From an uncultured Candidatus Saccharibacteria bacterium (GTDB taxonomy: Bacteria; Patescibacteriota; Minisyncoccia; Minisyncoccales; MHMH01): a stretch of DNA of 64,000 nucleotides. The notes below the pieces were generated by a model, which saw only the letters and a list, made by a program, of their open reading frames with translations, was not told the DNA's origin and did no database searches. A program made the translations under genes and the position numbers. Shown one piece after another: positions 37,772 through 46,834 of this stretch. The DNA lies in NCBI GenBank assembly GCA_964482335.1, contig CAYZXA010000001.1, positions 24,983-88,982 on the forward strand. The letters are read 5' to 3'. Position 1 is the stretch's first letter. Every line of letters starts with the position of its first letter.

Positions 37772-38527
37772 GTTCTCTGAAAGGTAGAGGTTATTCTGGC
37801 TTAAAACATATAGTTTTTTTGTTTTTTCTGACCAGAATATTTTAGGACTTTCAAATTCTACCAGGTCAACAATATTGATTCTGTCGCGGTCGTCGATTTC
37901 GGCGACTTTTATTTTATTGCCAACATTGAATATCATGTAGTAATTATTCAGCCAGAAAACCTTGTCAATTTTTTCTGAGAAGCGGGTTATGAAGATTTTT
38001 TCTTCTTCTGTCTGAGACTGAACAGTCCGGCTTTCTATAAGTGAAATCCAGATTTCGTAGTCGTTAAATTCAATCAACTTATTTTTATCAGAAGAAGTAG
38101 CTACCATTTCTATTTCCGAGGTAATATCTAAAACTTCTTTTGTACTAGTGGCCAAGATAATAAAATTTGGATTTTTTGGAATAAGAAGAACATTTTTAGC
38201 TTCTGTCACTTGTCTTTCTTTGACCTCTAAGTTTTTCTGCCATGTATGGTAGCCCTGTTTTTTTATTTCAACTTCATAGGTTTTGGGCACTAGGTTTTCA
38301 ATTAGGGCAGAATTGGTAAAGATTGAAGTTTTAACTTTCGATTTGTTATTAAGCCAGACCTCGGCGTTTCTGGGCAATACCTTAAAATAGAACGCACCGG
38401 TTTGGACAATTTTCTTTGTTTCAAAATCAAAGCGGTAGCCCTGGGAATAAAAAACAACTACTGGCGCTGCCAGAGCGAATATTACTACGCAGATAATAAA
38501 CAAAACGGTCCTTGTTCTCTTTTCCAT
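37760..38527 (-). CDS. PEGA-domain membrane-anchored protein (hypothetical)
   Basis: N-terminal TM; LPRNAEVWLNNK...PKTYEVEIKKQGYHTWQKNLEV resembles a PEGA domain; one of only two minus-strand protein genes in the window. Confidence 0.55.
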   Translation of the reverse strand: MEKRTRTVLFIICVVIFALAAPVVVFYSQGYRFDFETKKIVQTGAFYFKVLPRNAEVWLNNKSKVKTSIFTNSALIENLVPKTYEVEIKKQGYHTWQKNLEVKERQVTEAKNVLLIPKNPNFIILATSTKEVLDITSEIEMVATSSDKNKLIEFNDYEIWISLIESRTVQSQTEEEKIFITRFSEKIDKVFWLNNYYMIFNVGNKIKVAEIDDRDRINIVDLVEFESPKIFWSEKTKKLYVLSQNNLYLSENLLP

Positions 38528-38547
38528 ATCGTTTCTATTTTAACTTA

Positions 38548-38576
38548 TTGACAAATTAAAATCAATTTGCTAAGAT
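38548..38576 (+). promoter_or_regulatory. promoter TTGACA-N17-TAAGAT
   Basis: Perfect -35, 17-nt spacer. Confidence 0.45.
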
Positions 38577-38644
38577 AACCTAGACAAAAAATGTCTTTAG
38601 CCTGATTTAGTTAGTACATAAAAAACAAAAAAGGAGGCGTCAAA

Positions 38645-38872
38645 TTGGCAGAGGTTGAGTTAACAAAAGCAGCTGGAGAGCTCCCAAACGGCTTACTTGC
38701 TCCCTTTATGGAAGGATTGTTAAAAATAGGGCAGTATAATTTTGAACTTATTAAACATTATGCCAATTGCCTGGCAGATATCCTAGAGAGAGCAGGGGTG
38801 AGCGAAGAACAGATAAGCGCCATAGAAGAACAATATCGTAACGAGAAGAAAGAAAAACAAGCAAAAGATTAA
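38645..38872 (+). CDS. hypothetical 75-aa protein (TTG start)
   Basis: SD AAAAAGGAGG with 7-nt spacing. Confidence 0.5.
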   Translation: MAEVELTKAAGELPNGLLAPFMEGLLKIGQYNFELIKHYANCLADILERAGVSEEQISAIEEQYRNEKKEKQAKD

Positions 38873-38885
38873 AGGAGGTGCCAAC

Positions 38886-39410
38886 ATGGCAACAGCTCAA
38901 CCAAAGATTGGTTTGTTTGCTGGAATATTTAACACAGAGGGGAAACTACTGATTAAAAGAAGGCCGAAAGGTATTTCTTTGGCTGGCGAATGGGATCTGC
39001 CCGGTGGTGCAGTTGAGGAAAAAAACAATCAGAATGCGCTTGATGAACGAATCGTTGGTCAAGAACTTGCCAGAGAAGTAAAAGAAGAAGTAGGACTTGC
39101 TATACCTGAATTTCTTCCGATGCCAGCTATGTATCCAACAGTGCTCAGAGGCGGTGGCGATTGGGCTTTTGCGATCCTTGTTGGGGTTGTTGAAGAAAGT
39201 CCGAGCAAAGGAGAAACGAGGTATATTTCTCCTCAAGAGCTTCAAGAACTGGCCGAAGGACCGGAAGGAAATAGGTTGGTTAGCGGTTGGGGAAAGCGCA
39301 TGTGTCGGCTTTGTCTTCGACTTTTTGCATCACGAGATGCTCCCAATCAGGATTACGCAAAACAGGCAGGAGAGATGCTTGCCAAGATTCAGTCGAGTTG
39401 GAGCAATTAG
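38886..39410 (+). CDS. NUDIX hydrolase
   Basis: Nudix box GQELAREVKEEVGL (REUxEExGU); SD AAAGGAGG. Confidence 0.8.
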   Translation: MATAQPKIGLFAGIFNTEGKLLIKRRPKGISLAGEWDLPGGAVEEKNNQNALDERIVGQELAREVKEEVGLAIPEFLPMPAMYPTVLRGGGDWAFAILVGVVEESPSKGETRYISPQELQELAEGPEGNRLVSGWGKRMCRLCLRLFASRDAPNQDYAKQAGEMLAKIQSSWSN

Positions 39411-39415
39411 TTTTT

Positions 39416-39458
39416 AAGGCGTTTCGTCAAGGCAATTTGACGAACGCCTTTTATATTT
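39416..39458 (+). terminator. Rho-independent terminator after the NUDIX gene
   Basis: AAGGCGTTTCGTCAA-ggcaa-TTGACGAACGCCTT followed by TTATATTT. Confidence 0.55.
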
Positions 39459-39487
39459 CAAATGATGGAGGCCGGGCCTCGATCAGG

Positions 39488-39518
39488 TTGATATTTGCCA
39501 AATTAAGGGTTTTAAGAT
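39488..39518 (+). promoter_or_regulatory. promoter-like TTGATA-N17-TTTAAGAT upstream of murA
   Basis: Contains the recurrent TAAGAT hexamer. Confidence 0.35.
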
Positions 39519-39534
39519 AGGATAAAAAGAGCAT

Positions 39535-40803
39535 ATGGCAGAGAAATTTATCATTAATGGCAGTCGGCCTCTTAAGGGTGAAATTGAAGTGAGAGGTGCT
39601 AAGAATGCTGCTTTTCCGATTTTAGCTGCTTCTCTTTTGACTAAAGACGAATGCTTTATTGAGAATCTTCCTTTGATAGAGGATCTCTTTCGCATGATTG
39701 AAATATTAAAAGGTATGGGCTCTAAGATTTCCTGGGTTGGCCAAAGGTCCCTGAAGATCAAAAATTCTCAGATTGACCCTTTAAAAGTCAGAGAGGATTT
39801 GGTTGGTCTTTTACGGGGTTCAGTGCTTTTTTTCGGACCTTTACTCGGCAGATTCGGTAAGGTAAAATTTCCTCAGCCTGGCGGCGATATTATTGGTGCT
39901 CGTCCCATTAATACTCACTTAGACGGTTTCTCGCAAATGGGAGTTAGCGTTACCAAAGATGGAGATAAATATTTATTGGAAGCTCCCAAAAAGAAAGAGA
40001 AAGAAGTTGTTTTAAATGAGTTTAGCGTGACAGCGACCGAGAACTTAATGCTTTTTGCTAGTTTAATTCCTGGCAAGACAGTTATTAAAACAGCTGACCA
40101 GGACTATCAGGTTATAGAGTTGGCTAAGTTTTTGAAGAAAATGGGAGTTAAGATTAAAGGGGCTGGTACTCATAAGATAACCATCGAAGGCTCTAAAAGA
40201 TTAAAGGGAGTTAAGCATCGACTGATTTATGACCCAATTGAAGCAGGTACTTTTATCTTGACAGCAGTAGCTACCAGAGGTAATGTTTTGGTGAAAAATG
40301 TAGAAATCTCCTTTTTAGAGCTTCCTTTAAAAAAACTTAAAGATTTCGGCGTACCTTATCAGATTGTTGGGAAAAAAGGCATTAGAGTTTTGCCTTGGAA
40401 GAGCCTGAAGATTGATAAAATTCAAAGTATGCCTTATCCTGGCATTCCTTCTGATTTACAGTCTGCTTTCGGAGTTTTAGCTACCCAGGCCCAAGGCTCT
40501 ACTTTAATTCATGACCCGCTTTACGAAGGCAGGTTGAAATATCTTGAGGAAATCAATAAAATGGGAGCAGAAATCTATTTTGCTGATCCTCATCGGGCAG
40601 TCATTAACGGTCCGACTCAGCTTTATGGCAGAGAACTTGGTTCTTTTGATTTGAGGGGCGGGGCATCTTTAATCATTGCTGGCTTGATTGCCAAAGGAAA
40701 AACAACTATTAATAATATATATCAGATAGATAGGGGATATGAGAAAATAGAAGAGAGGCTGCAGCAATTAGGAGCTGACATTAAAAGAGTAAAAAATTCT
40801 TAA
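39535..40803 (+). CDS. murA: UDP-N-acetylglucosamine 1-carboxyvinyltransferase
   Basis: EPSP-synthase fold, 422 aa, conserved MurA sequence. Confidence 0.93.
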   Translation: MAEKFIINGSRPLKGEIEVRGAKNAAFPILAASLLTKDECFIENLPLIEDLFRMIEILKGMGSKISWVGQRSLKIKNSQIDPLKVREDLVGLLRGSVLFFGPLLGRFGKVKFPQPGGDIIGARPINTHLDGFSQMGVSVTKDGDKYLLEAPKKKEKEVVLNEFSVTATENLMLFASLIPGKTVIKTADQDYQVIELAKFLKKMGVKIKGAGTHKITIEGSKRLKGVKHRLIYDPIEAGTFILTAVATRGNVLVKNVEISFLELPLKKLKDFGVPYQIVGKKGIRVLPWKSLKIDKIQSMPYPGIPSDLQSAFGVLATQAQGSTLIHDPLYEGRLKYLEEINKMGAEIYFADPHRAVINGPTQLYGRELGSFDLRGGASLIIAGLIAKGKTTINNIYQIDRGYEKIEERLQQLGADIKRVKNS

Positions 40804-40845
40804 TTGCTTCGCAATTACAAGGAGTGAAGCAACTGGTTATAACCT

Positions 40846-41856
40846 ATGTTTGTTAGAAAAATTGGCATTGACTTGGGCACTTGCAATTCATTGGTCTTTG
40901 TGCCTAAAAAGGGTGTGGTTTTGCAAGAACCATCGGTCGTGGCTGTTTCTTTAGACGAGAATAGGATTTTAGCTGTGGGAGAAAAAGCCAAGGAAATGAC
41001 CGGCAGAACTCCTGATACCATTAGGATTTACCGGCCTTTGAAAGACGGTGTTATCGCTGATTTTCGGGTAACCCAGGCCATGTTAAGATATTTTATTAAT
41101 AAAAGCAGTGGCCATTTCCAGTTTTTAAAGCCAGAGCTAATGATTGCTGTGCCCGCTGGTATTACCTCAACCGAGAGAAGAGCTGTTATTGAGGCAGCGA
41201 TCAATGCTGGAGCCAAGGAGGCGTTTGTGGCCAAAGAACCGATTCTGGCAGCTATTGGCGCTTCTATTCCGATCAATGCTTGTTCTGGGCATTTGATTGT
41301 TGATATTGGCGGCGGTACAGCTGAGGTGGCAGTTATATCTTTAGGAGGCATTGTTACTTCAAGCTCAGTCAGAGTGGCTGGCGACAAGATGAATATAGCT
41401 ATTTCAGAACATATTAAGAAAAAACATAATTTAGCAGTTGGCGACCAGACAGCCGAAGATATTAAGATTAAAATTGGTACTGCTTTGCCAGAAAAGGAAG
41501 AGAAGATAATGGAAATCAGGGGCCGTGATTTGCTTTCGGGTTTGCCAAGAACCATTAAGATTTCTTCCAACGAGGTGGCTGAGGCTATTTCTGAGACCTT
41601 GGTTGAAATCATTCAGGTAATTAAACAGGTTTTAAGAGATACTCCACCCGAGTTGTCAGCTGATATCATGGATAAAGGCATGATTCTTTCTGGCGGCGGT
41701 GCTTTATTGCGCAACATGGATGAGTTAATAGCTCAATCAACTGGCGTACCCTGCTTTATAGCAGAAGATCCTTTGTTATGCGTGGCTAAGGGTACTGGGA
41801 TTGTTTTGGAGAACTTGAATATTTATAAGAAAAGCATTATGAGTAAGCGAAAATGA
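40846..41856 (+). CDS. mreB: rod-shape-determining protein MreB (copy 1)
   Basis: IGIDLGTCNS, actin-fold motifs. Confidence 0.9.
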   Translation: MFVRKIGIDLGTCNSLVFVPKKGVVLQEPSVVAVSLDENRILAVGEKAKEMTGRTPDTIRIYRPLKDGVIADFRVTQAMLRYFINKSSGHFQFLKPELMIAVPAGITSTERRAVIEAAINAGAKEAFVAKEPILAAIGASIPINACSGHLIVDIGGGTAEVAVISLGGIVTSSSVRVAGDKMNIAISEHIKKKHNLAVGDQTAEDIKIKIGTALPEKEEKIMEIRGRDLLSGLPRTIKISSNEVAEAISETLVEIIQVIKQVLRDTPPELSADIMDKGMILSGGGALLRNMDELIAQSTGVPCFIAEDPLLCVAKGTGIVLENLNIYKKSIMSKRK

Positions 41857-42653
41857 TCAGTTATCAAAAACAATGGCAATATCTTAAAAAAACAGCTGAG
41901 CTGGGGAAAACACCCCATGCTCTGTTATTTTACGGCCAAGCTTCAATCGGCAAGAAAATTTTAGCTTTAGAGTTCATTAAGTTGCTCAATTGTCAGCAGG
42001 AGAATTTTATAGACCGGCCTTGCCAGAAATGCCGTTCTTGCTTGGACATTGGAAAGAATGTTCATCCTGATTTATTTGTGGTTGAACCCCAAGATAACAA
42101 AGAGATTAGGATCTCTCAGATTAGAGATTTACATACTCGTCTTTCTTTGCGTTCTTATTCTGCTCCCTTTAAGACAGTTATTATTGATCAGGCTCATTCT
42201 CTCAACCAGGAAGCGCAAAGCGCTTTTTTGAAGTTGTTGGAAGAGCCAAAAGGTAGAACGCTTTTCGTTTTAATAACTGAATACCCAGAAATGTTATTGC
42301 CGACTATTCTTTCCCGGGTTGAGCGTTTGAGGTTTTACAGTACTCTTAAGGCCGTTGATCCTCAAGAGAAAAGGATAAAAGAGATTTTACAAATAGGGCG
42401 TTCAGATTTGGCTGCGCGCTTTCAATATGCCAAAAAGCTATCTCAAGAACCTCAGGGCTTAAAAGAGATATTAGATCTTTGGTTGAGATATTTCAGAGAA
42501 GTATTGTTGTTAACAATTAATAATAAATCCAAAGACTATTCTATAGCTAAATTGCAAAGAATTCTCCACCTTATTCAGACTACCAGCTTTTTGATTTCAA
42601 CTACCAACATCAACTCCAGATTAGCTTTAGAGATGTTTATGCTGGAATTGTAG
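41853..42653 (+). CDS. holB: DNA polymerase III delta-prime subunit
   Basis: HALLFYGQASIGK; zinc module CQKCRSC; SRV box. Confidence 0.8.
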   Translation: MISYQKQWQYLKKTAELGKTPHALLFYGQASIGKKILALEFIKLLNCQQENFIDRPCQKCRSCLDIGKNVHPDLFVVEPQDNKEIRISQIRDLHTRLSLRSYSAPFKTVIIDQAHSLNQEAQSAFLKLLEEPKGRTLFVLITEYPEMLLPTILSRVERLRFYSTLKAVDPQEKRIKEILQIGRSDLAARFQYAKKLSQEPQGLKEILDLWLRYFREVLLLTINNKSKDYSIAKLQRILHLIQTTSFLISTTNINSRLALEMFMLEL

Positions 42654-42711
42654 AATTACTCTTATTTTTTCTCGACAAGCGGTGGAGATTTTGTTATTAT
42701 TTTAATTAGAT

Positions 42712-43266
42712 ATGCATAAAGAGATAATTGATAAAATTAAGCCAGAACTGGACAAGGTTATTCATTTTTTAGAAGGAGAATTGGCTAAAATTAGGACTTC
42801 AAGAGCATCTCCTTCTCTGGTCGAAGATGTGAAAGCTGATTGCTTTGGTCAGAAACTCCCCTTGAGGCAGTTGGCAGCCATTTCAACACCTGAAGCCAAA
42901 CAGATATTAATACAACCCTGGGACAAATCCTATATTAAAGGCATTGTTTCTGCTTTGGAAAAGGCTGGTATTGGTGCCAATCCCGTGGTTGATAAAGATG
43001 TTATTCGTATTCAACTACCTCCTTTGACAGAGGAATATCGTAAGAATCTTTTGCACTTGTTATCTGATAAGCAGGAAGAGGCTCGCAAGACCTTGAGGAG
43101 GTGGAGAGAGCAAGCATGGAAGGAGGTTCAGGATGGTTTTCAAGAAGGTAAGATTAGGGAAGATGATAAGTTCCGGGCCAAGGATGATTTGCAGGAATTA
43201 ATAGATGAATACAATAAGAAGATTGATAACCTGGGAGATAAGAAGAAACGAGAAATAACAAGGTAA
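42712..43266 (+). CDS. frr: ribosome recycling factor
   Basis: Conserved RRF. Confidence 0.93.
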   Translation: MHKEIIDKIKPELDKVIHFLEGELAKIRTSRASPSLVEDVKADCFGQKLPLRQLAAISTPEAKQILIQPWDKSYIKGIVSALEKAGIGANPVVDKDVIRIQLPPLTEEYRKNLLHLLSDKQEEARKTLRRWREQAWKEVQDGFQEGKIREDDKFRAKDDLQELIDEYNKKIDNLGDKKKREITR

Positions 43267-43296
43267 GAACCTTGCTTTTAGCAAGAACTTTGGATA
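43264..43296 (+). repeat. stop-codon-anchored intergenic element, copy B
   Basis: TAAGAACCTTGCTTTTAGCAAGAACTTTGGATAC. Confidence 0.55.
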
Positions 43297-43313
43297 CTTA
43301 GTATTTAAAACAC

Positions 43314-44387
43314 ATGTTAATTATTACTATCTTAGTTGCTATTTTCAGTTTGATAGGATTAATCATTATCCATGAATTCGGTCACTTCGTTCTAGCTAAG
43401 AAGTTTGGCACCAAGGTTGAAGAGTTTGGTATTGGTTATCCGCCCAGGATTGTTGGCAAGAAAATCGGTGAGACAATTTATTCTTTGAATCTGCTACCTT
43501 TTGGTGCTTTTGTTAGGATTCACGGGGAGGAAGGCGGTGTAGAGAACTACCGCAGCTTTGTTGGCAAGCCTATATGGCAGAGGGTTTCAATTGTTCTGGG
43601 AGGCGTTGTTTCTTTTTGGATCATATCAATTGTTTTGTTAAGTATTGTGGCAGGAGTCTGGGGTTTGCCCGTAGCCGTTGAAGACGATGACAATCATAAT
43701 TTAATAGAGCCAAAGGTTCAGATTGCCTACATTATTCCTGGTTCGCCAGCAGCTAAAGCTGATTTAAGGGCCGGTGATGTTATTGTTGGCTTTGATAAAG
43801 TCAGAGATGTTCAAGAATTTGTTCAGGCCAATTTAGGTCAAGAAACTGACATGACTATTAAACGGGGGCAGGATTTGTTTAGCAAGCAGGTTATTCTCCG
43901 GACTTCTTTTCCGGAAGATGAAGGACCTTTGGGCGTTGGTTTAACCAGGACTGCTTTAAGACCTTATACCTGGTATCAGGCACCGGTCCAGGGAGTGATT
44001 ACTTGTGGTAAGCTCACTTATAATATTGTTGATGGCTGGGTCTTGGGAGTCAAAAACCTTTTGGGCATAGTTCAATTGCCCAAAGGTCTGAAAATGGAAA
44101 TGATGGGGCCAATCGGTATCCTTGATTTGCTGAGGCAATACTCTAAACTGGGTATTAATTACTTTTTATTTTTAATATCTTTAATTTCAATTGCTTTAGC
44201 TTTAGCTAATATTCTGCCCATTCCGGCTTTGGATGGAGGAAAACTTGTCTTTCTGGTCATTGAGAGCATTAAAGGTAAACCGATTAATTATAAACTGGAG
44301 CAAAAGATTACCGCTACTTTCTTCGTTCTATTAATTATCTTGATGATTTTCGTTACTATAAAATTTGATATCCCAAGAATATTTTAA
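43314..44387 (+). CDS. rseP: RIP metalloprotease RseP (site-2 protease with PDZ domain)
   Basis: HEFGHF in TM1, PDZ, LDGG motif. Confidence 0.85.
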   Translation: MLIITILVAIFSLIGLIIIHEFGHFVLAKKFGTKVEEFGIGYPPRIVGKKIGETIYSLNLLPFGAFVRIHGEEGGVENYRSFVGKPIWQRVSIVLGGVVSFWIISIVLLSIVAGVWGLPVAVEDDDNHNLIEPKVQIAYIIPGSPAAKADLRAGDVIVGFDKVRDVQEFVQANLGQETDMTIKRGQDLFSKQVILRTSFPEDEGPLGVGLTRTALRPYTWYQAPVQGVITCGKLTYNIVDGWVLGVKNLLGIVQLPKGLKMEMMGPIGILDLLRQYSKLGINYFLFLISLISIALALANILPIPALDGGKLVFLVIESIKGKPINYKLEQKITATFFVLLIILMIFVTIKFDIPRIF

Positions 44388-44390
44388 TTC

Positions 44391-45509
44391 ATGCTTCAAT
44401 CACAACTATTTTATAAAACTAAGAAGGAAACGCCAAAAGAAGCTGTCGCAGTCTCTCATAAATTATTATTGAGAGGTGATTTCATTGAGCAGTCTTTTTC
44501 CGGTGTTTATAGGTTTTTGCCGCTGGGTGTGATGGTTTTGAGAAAGATAGAAAAGATTATCAGAAAGGAAATGTTTAGCCTGGGCGCCCAAGAAGTGATT
44601 TTACCTGCTTTGCAAAATAAATCCCTTTGGCTAAGAACCAAACGTTGGGACAAAATTGACCCACCGCTTTTTAAGTTTAAAGATAGGCACAAAAAAGAAA
44701 TTGCTTTAGGGCCTACTCATGAAGAGGAAATTACTGATAGTTTCAGCCGTCGCATTAAATTGCCCCTAGCCGTTTTTCAGATTCAAACTAAATTCAGAAA
44801 TGAGATGAGGTCGACAGGAGGATTATTGAGAACCAGGGAATTTTTAATGAAAGACTTGTATAGTTTTCATTCCAGCAAAAAAGACCTCGAAAATTTTTAC
44901 GAAAAAGTTAAAAAAGCCTATTTTAAGATATTTAAAAAATGCGGACTCCGAGCATTCTGCATTGAAGCAGATTCGGGCACAATCGGCGGTGACTTTTCCC
45001 ACGAGTTTATGGTTGTTTCTCCATCTGGAGAGGATAAAGTTAAAGGTAAAAACGCAATTGAAATAGGCCATATATTTAATCTAGGGACGAAATATAGTAA
45101 AGCCATGAATTTGCCAAAGCAAGTTATAATGGGATGCTATGGCATAGGTTTGTCGCGGTTAATGGCAACCATTGTTGAAGAGCATCATGACAAAAAAGGC
45201 ATTATCTGGCCAAGAGAAGTTTCTCCTTTTGATATTCATTTAATTCAGATTGAAAGTAGTCAGAGGGTAAAAAAAGCAGCTCAAAAGATCTATCAGGATT
45301 TACAAAAACAAGATTTTGAAGTATTATATGACGACAGAACTGATAAGACGCCGGGCGAAAAGTTTGCTGAAGCTGACCTGATTGGCATTCCTTTGCGTCT
45401 GGTGGTCAGCGAAAAAACCTTGAAAAAGAACTTGGTTGAGGTAAAAAAACGCCAGGAACAAAAAATAAAGTTAGTCAAACTTAGTCAGATTAAATCATAT
45501 GCTAAATAA
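44391..45509 (+). CDS. proS: proline--tRNA ligase, short form (372 aa)
   Basis: Class II core motifs; N-terminus matches ProRS (HKLLLRGDFIEQSFSGVYRFLPLG). Confidence 0.8.
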   Translation: MLQSQLFYKTKKETPKEAVAVSHKLLLRGDFIEQSFSGVYRFLPLGVMVLRKIEKIIRKEMFSLGAQEVILPALQNKSLWLRTKRWDKIDPPLFKFKDRHKKEIALGPTHEEEITDSFSRRIKLPLAVFQIQTKFRNEMRSTGGLLRTREFLMKDLYSFHSSKKDLENFYEKVKKAYFKIFKKCGLRAFCIEADSGTIGGDFSHEFMVVSPSGEDKVKGKNAIEIGHIFNLGTKYSKAMNLPKQVIMGCYGIGLSRLMATIVEEHHDKKGIIWPREVSPFDIHLIQIESSQRVKKAAQKIYQDLQKQDFEVLYDDRTDKTPGEKFAEADLIGIPLRLVVSEKTLKKNLVEVKKRQEQKIKLVKLSQIKSYAK

Positions 45510-46551
45510 ATTATTTTCACGTTTTTTCCAAGATATTGCCATTGATTTGGGGACAGCCAACTCTCTTGTTTATGTTCGTGGAAAAGGCATTGTTTTAACT
45601 GAGCCTTCAGTCGTGGCCGTTAATAAAAAGACCGGCCAGGTTTTGGCTATTGGCGAAGAAGCAAAAAAAATGGTTGGTAGAACTCCAGGTCATATTGTAG
45701 CTACGCGCCCCTTGGTCAAAGGAGTAATTTCTGATTTTGAAGTAACTGAGCAAATGCTTAAGTATTTTATTGAGAAAGTCTATCCGAGCAAATTTATTTT
45801 AACTCCCAAGCCTCGGGTAATTGTTGGTGTTCCTTGCGGAGTGACTGAAGTTGAGAAAAAAGCAGTTCAGGATGCAACTAAAAGTGCTGGGGCCAGAGAA
45901 GTCTATTTGATTGAAGAGCCGATGGCCGCAGCCATTGGTGCCCGTTTACAGGTTCAGGAAGCAGGCGGCAACTTTGTTGTTGATATTGGCGGTGGCACTT
46001 GCGAAGTGGCTGTCATTTCTCTTGGTGGCTTGGTTTTAGCTAAGAGCTTGAGAGTGGCTGGCGACAAACTCAGCGAAGACATTATTTATTTCGGTCAGGA
46101 AGAATATAAACTGCTGATTGGTGAAAGGACTGCCGAAGAGATTAAAATTGGCATTGGTTCTGCCTATCCTTTAAAGGAGAAAAAGGAAATGTCCATGCGG
46201 GGCAGGAATTTAGTCACTGGTTTGCCAGAAGAGATTATGGTCTCTGATAGTGATATCAGGAGGGCCATGGAAAAGTCAGTCAAGCAAATTGTTGACACTA
46301 TCAAAATTACGGTGGAAGAGACACCGCCCGAACTTTTAGCAGATATTATGTCAAACGGCATTTATTTGACTGGCGGGGGTGCCTTGCTTCGGGGTTTGGA
46401 TACTTTAATCACCAAAGAAACAAAAATACCTACTAAAGTCATAGATGATCCTTTGACAGCTGTGGTCAGGGGAGCAGGCATGGTTTTAGAAGATCTTGAT
46501 GAATTGAGGGAAGTTATTATTGAAACAGATTCTTTAGAACCGCCCAAGTAA
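45499..46551 (+). CDS. mreB: rod-shape-determining protein MreB (copy 2)
   Basis: IAIDLGTANS. Confidence 0.88.
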   Translation: MLNKLFSRFFQDIAIDLGTANSLVYVRGKGIVLTEPSVVAVNKKTGQVLAIGEEAKKMVGRTPGHIVATRPLVKGVISDFEVTEQMLKYFIEKVYPSKFILTPKPRVIVGVPCGVTEVEKKAVQDATKSAGAREVYLIEEPMAAAIGARLQVQEAGGNFVVDIGGGTCEVAVISLGGLVLAKSLRVAGDKLSEDIIYFGQEEYKLLIGERTAEEIKIGIGSAYPLKEKKEMSMRGRNLVTGLPEEIMVSDSDIRRAMEKSVKQIVDTIKITVEETPPELLADIMSNGIYLTGGGALLRGLDTLITKETKIPTKVIDDPLTAVVRGAGMVLEDLDELREVIIETDSLEPPK

Positions 46552-46552
46552 C

Positions 46553-46834
46553 ATGATTTCTAAAAAGGAGGTTCAACATATTGCCAAATTAGCTAGGCTT
46601 AGTTTAAAGCTATCCGAAGAGAAGAAGTTCCAGAAAGAACTTTCTTCGATTTTAGACTACATTGAGAAGCTAAAAAAGGTAAATATATCAAAAACAGAAC
46701 CGACTACCCATCCTTTGAAAATTGAGAATATCATGAGGCAGGATAAAGGACAAAAAAGAAAGAATAAAAAACTTTTAGATTTAGCACCAGAAACGCAAAA
46801 AGGGCATATAAAAGTAAAGTCAATTTTAAAATGA
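46553..46834 (+). CDS. gatC: Asp/Glu-tRNA(Asn/Gln) amidotransferase subunit C
   Basis: HIAKLARLSL motif; precedes gatA. Confidence 0.85.
   Translation: MISKKEVQHIAKLARLSLKLSEEKKFQKELSSILDYIEKLKKVNISKTEPTTHPLKIENIMRQDKGQKRKNKKLLDLAPETQKGHIKVKSILK

Noticed and set aside
39097-39520. Two plus-strand ORFs overlapping the NUDIX gene
   Set aside because: Alternative frames of a well-supported CDS
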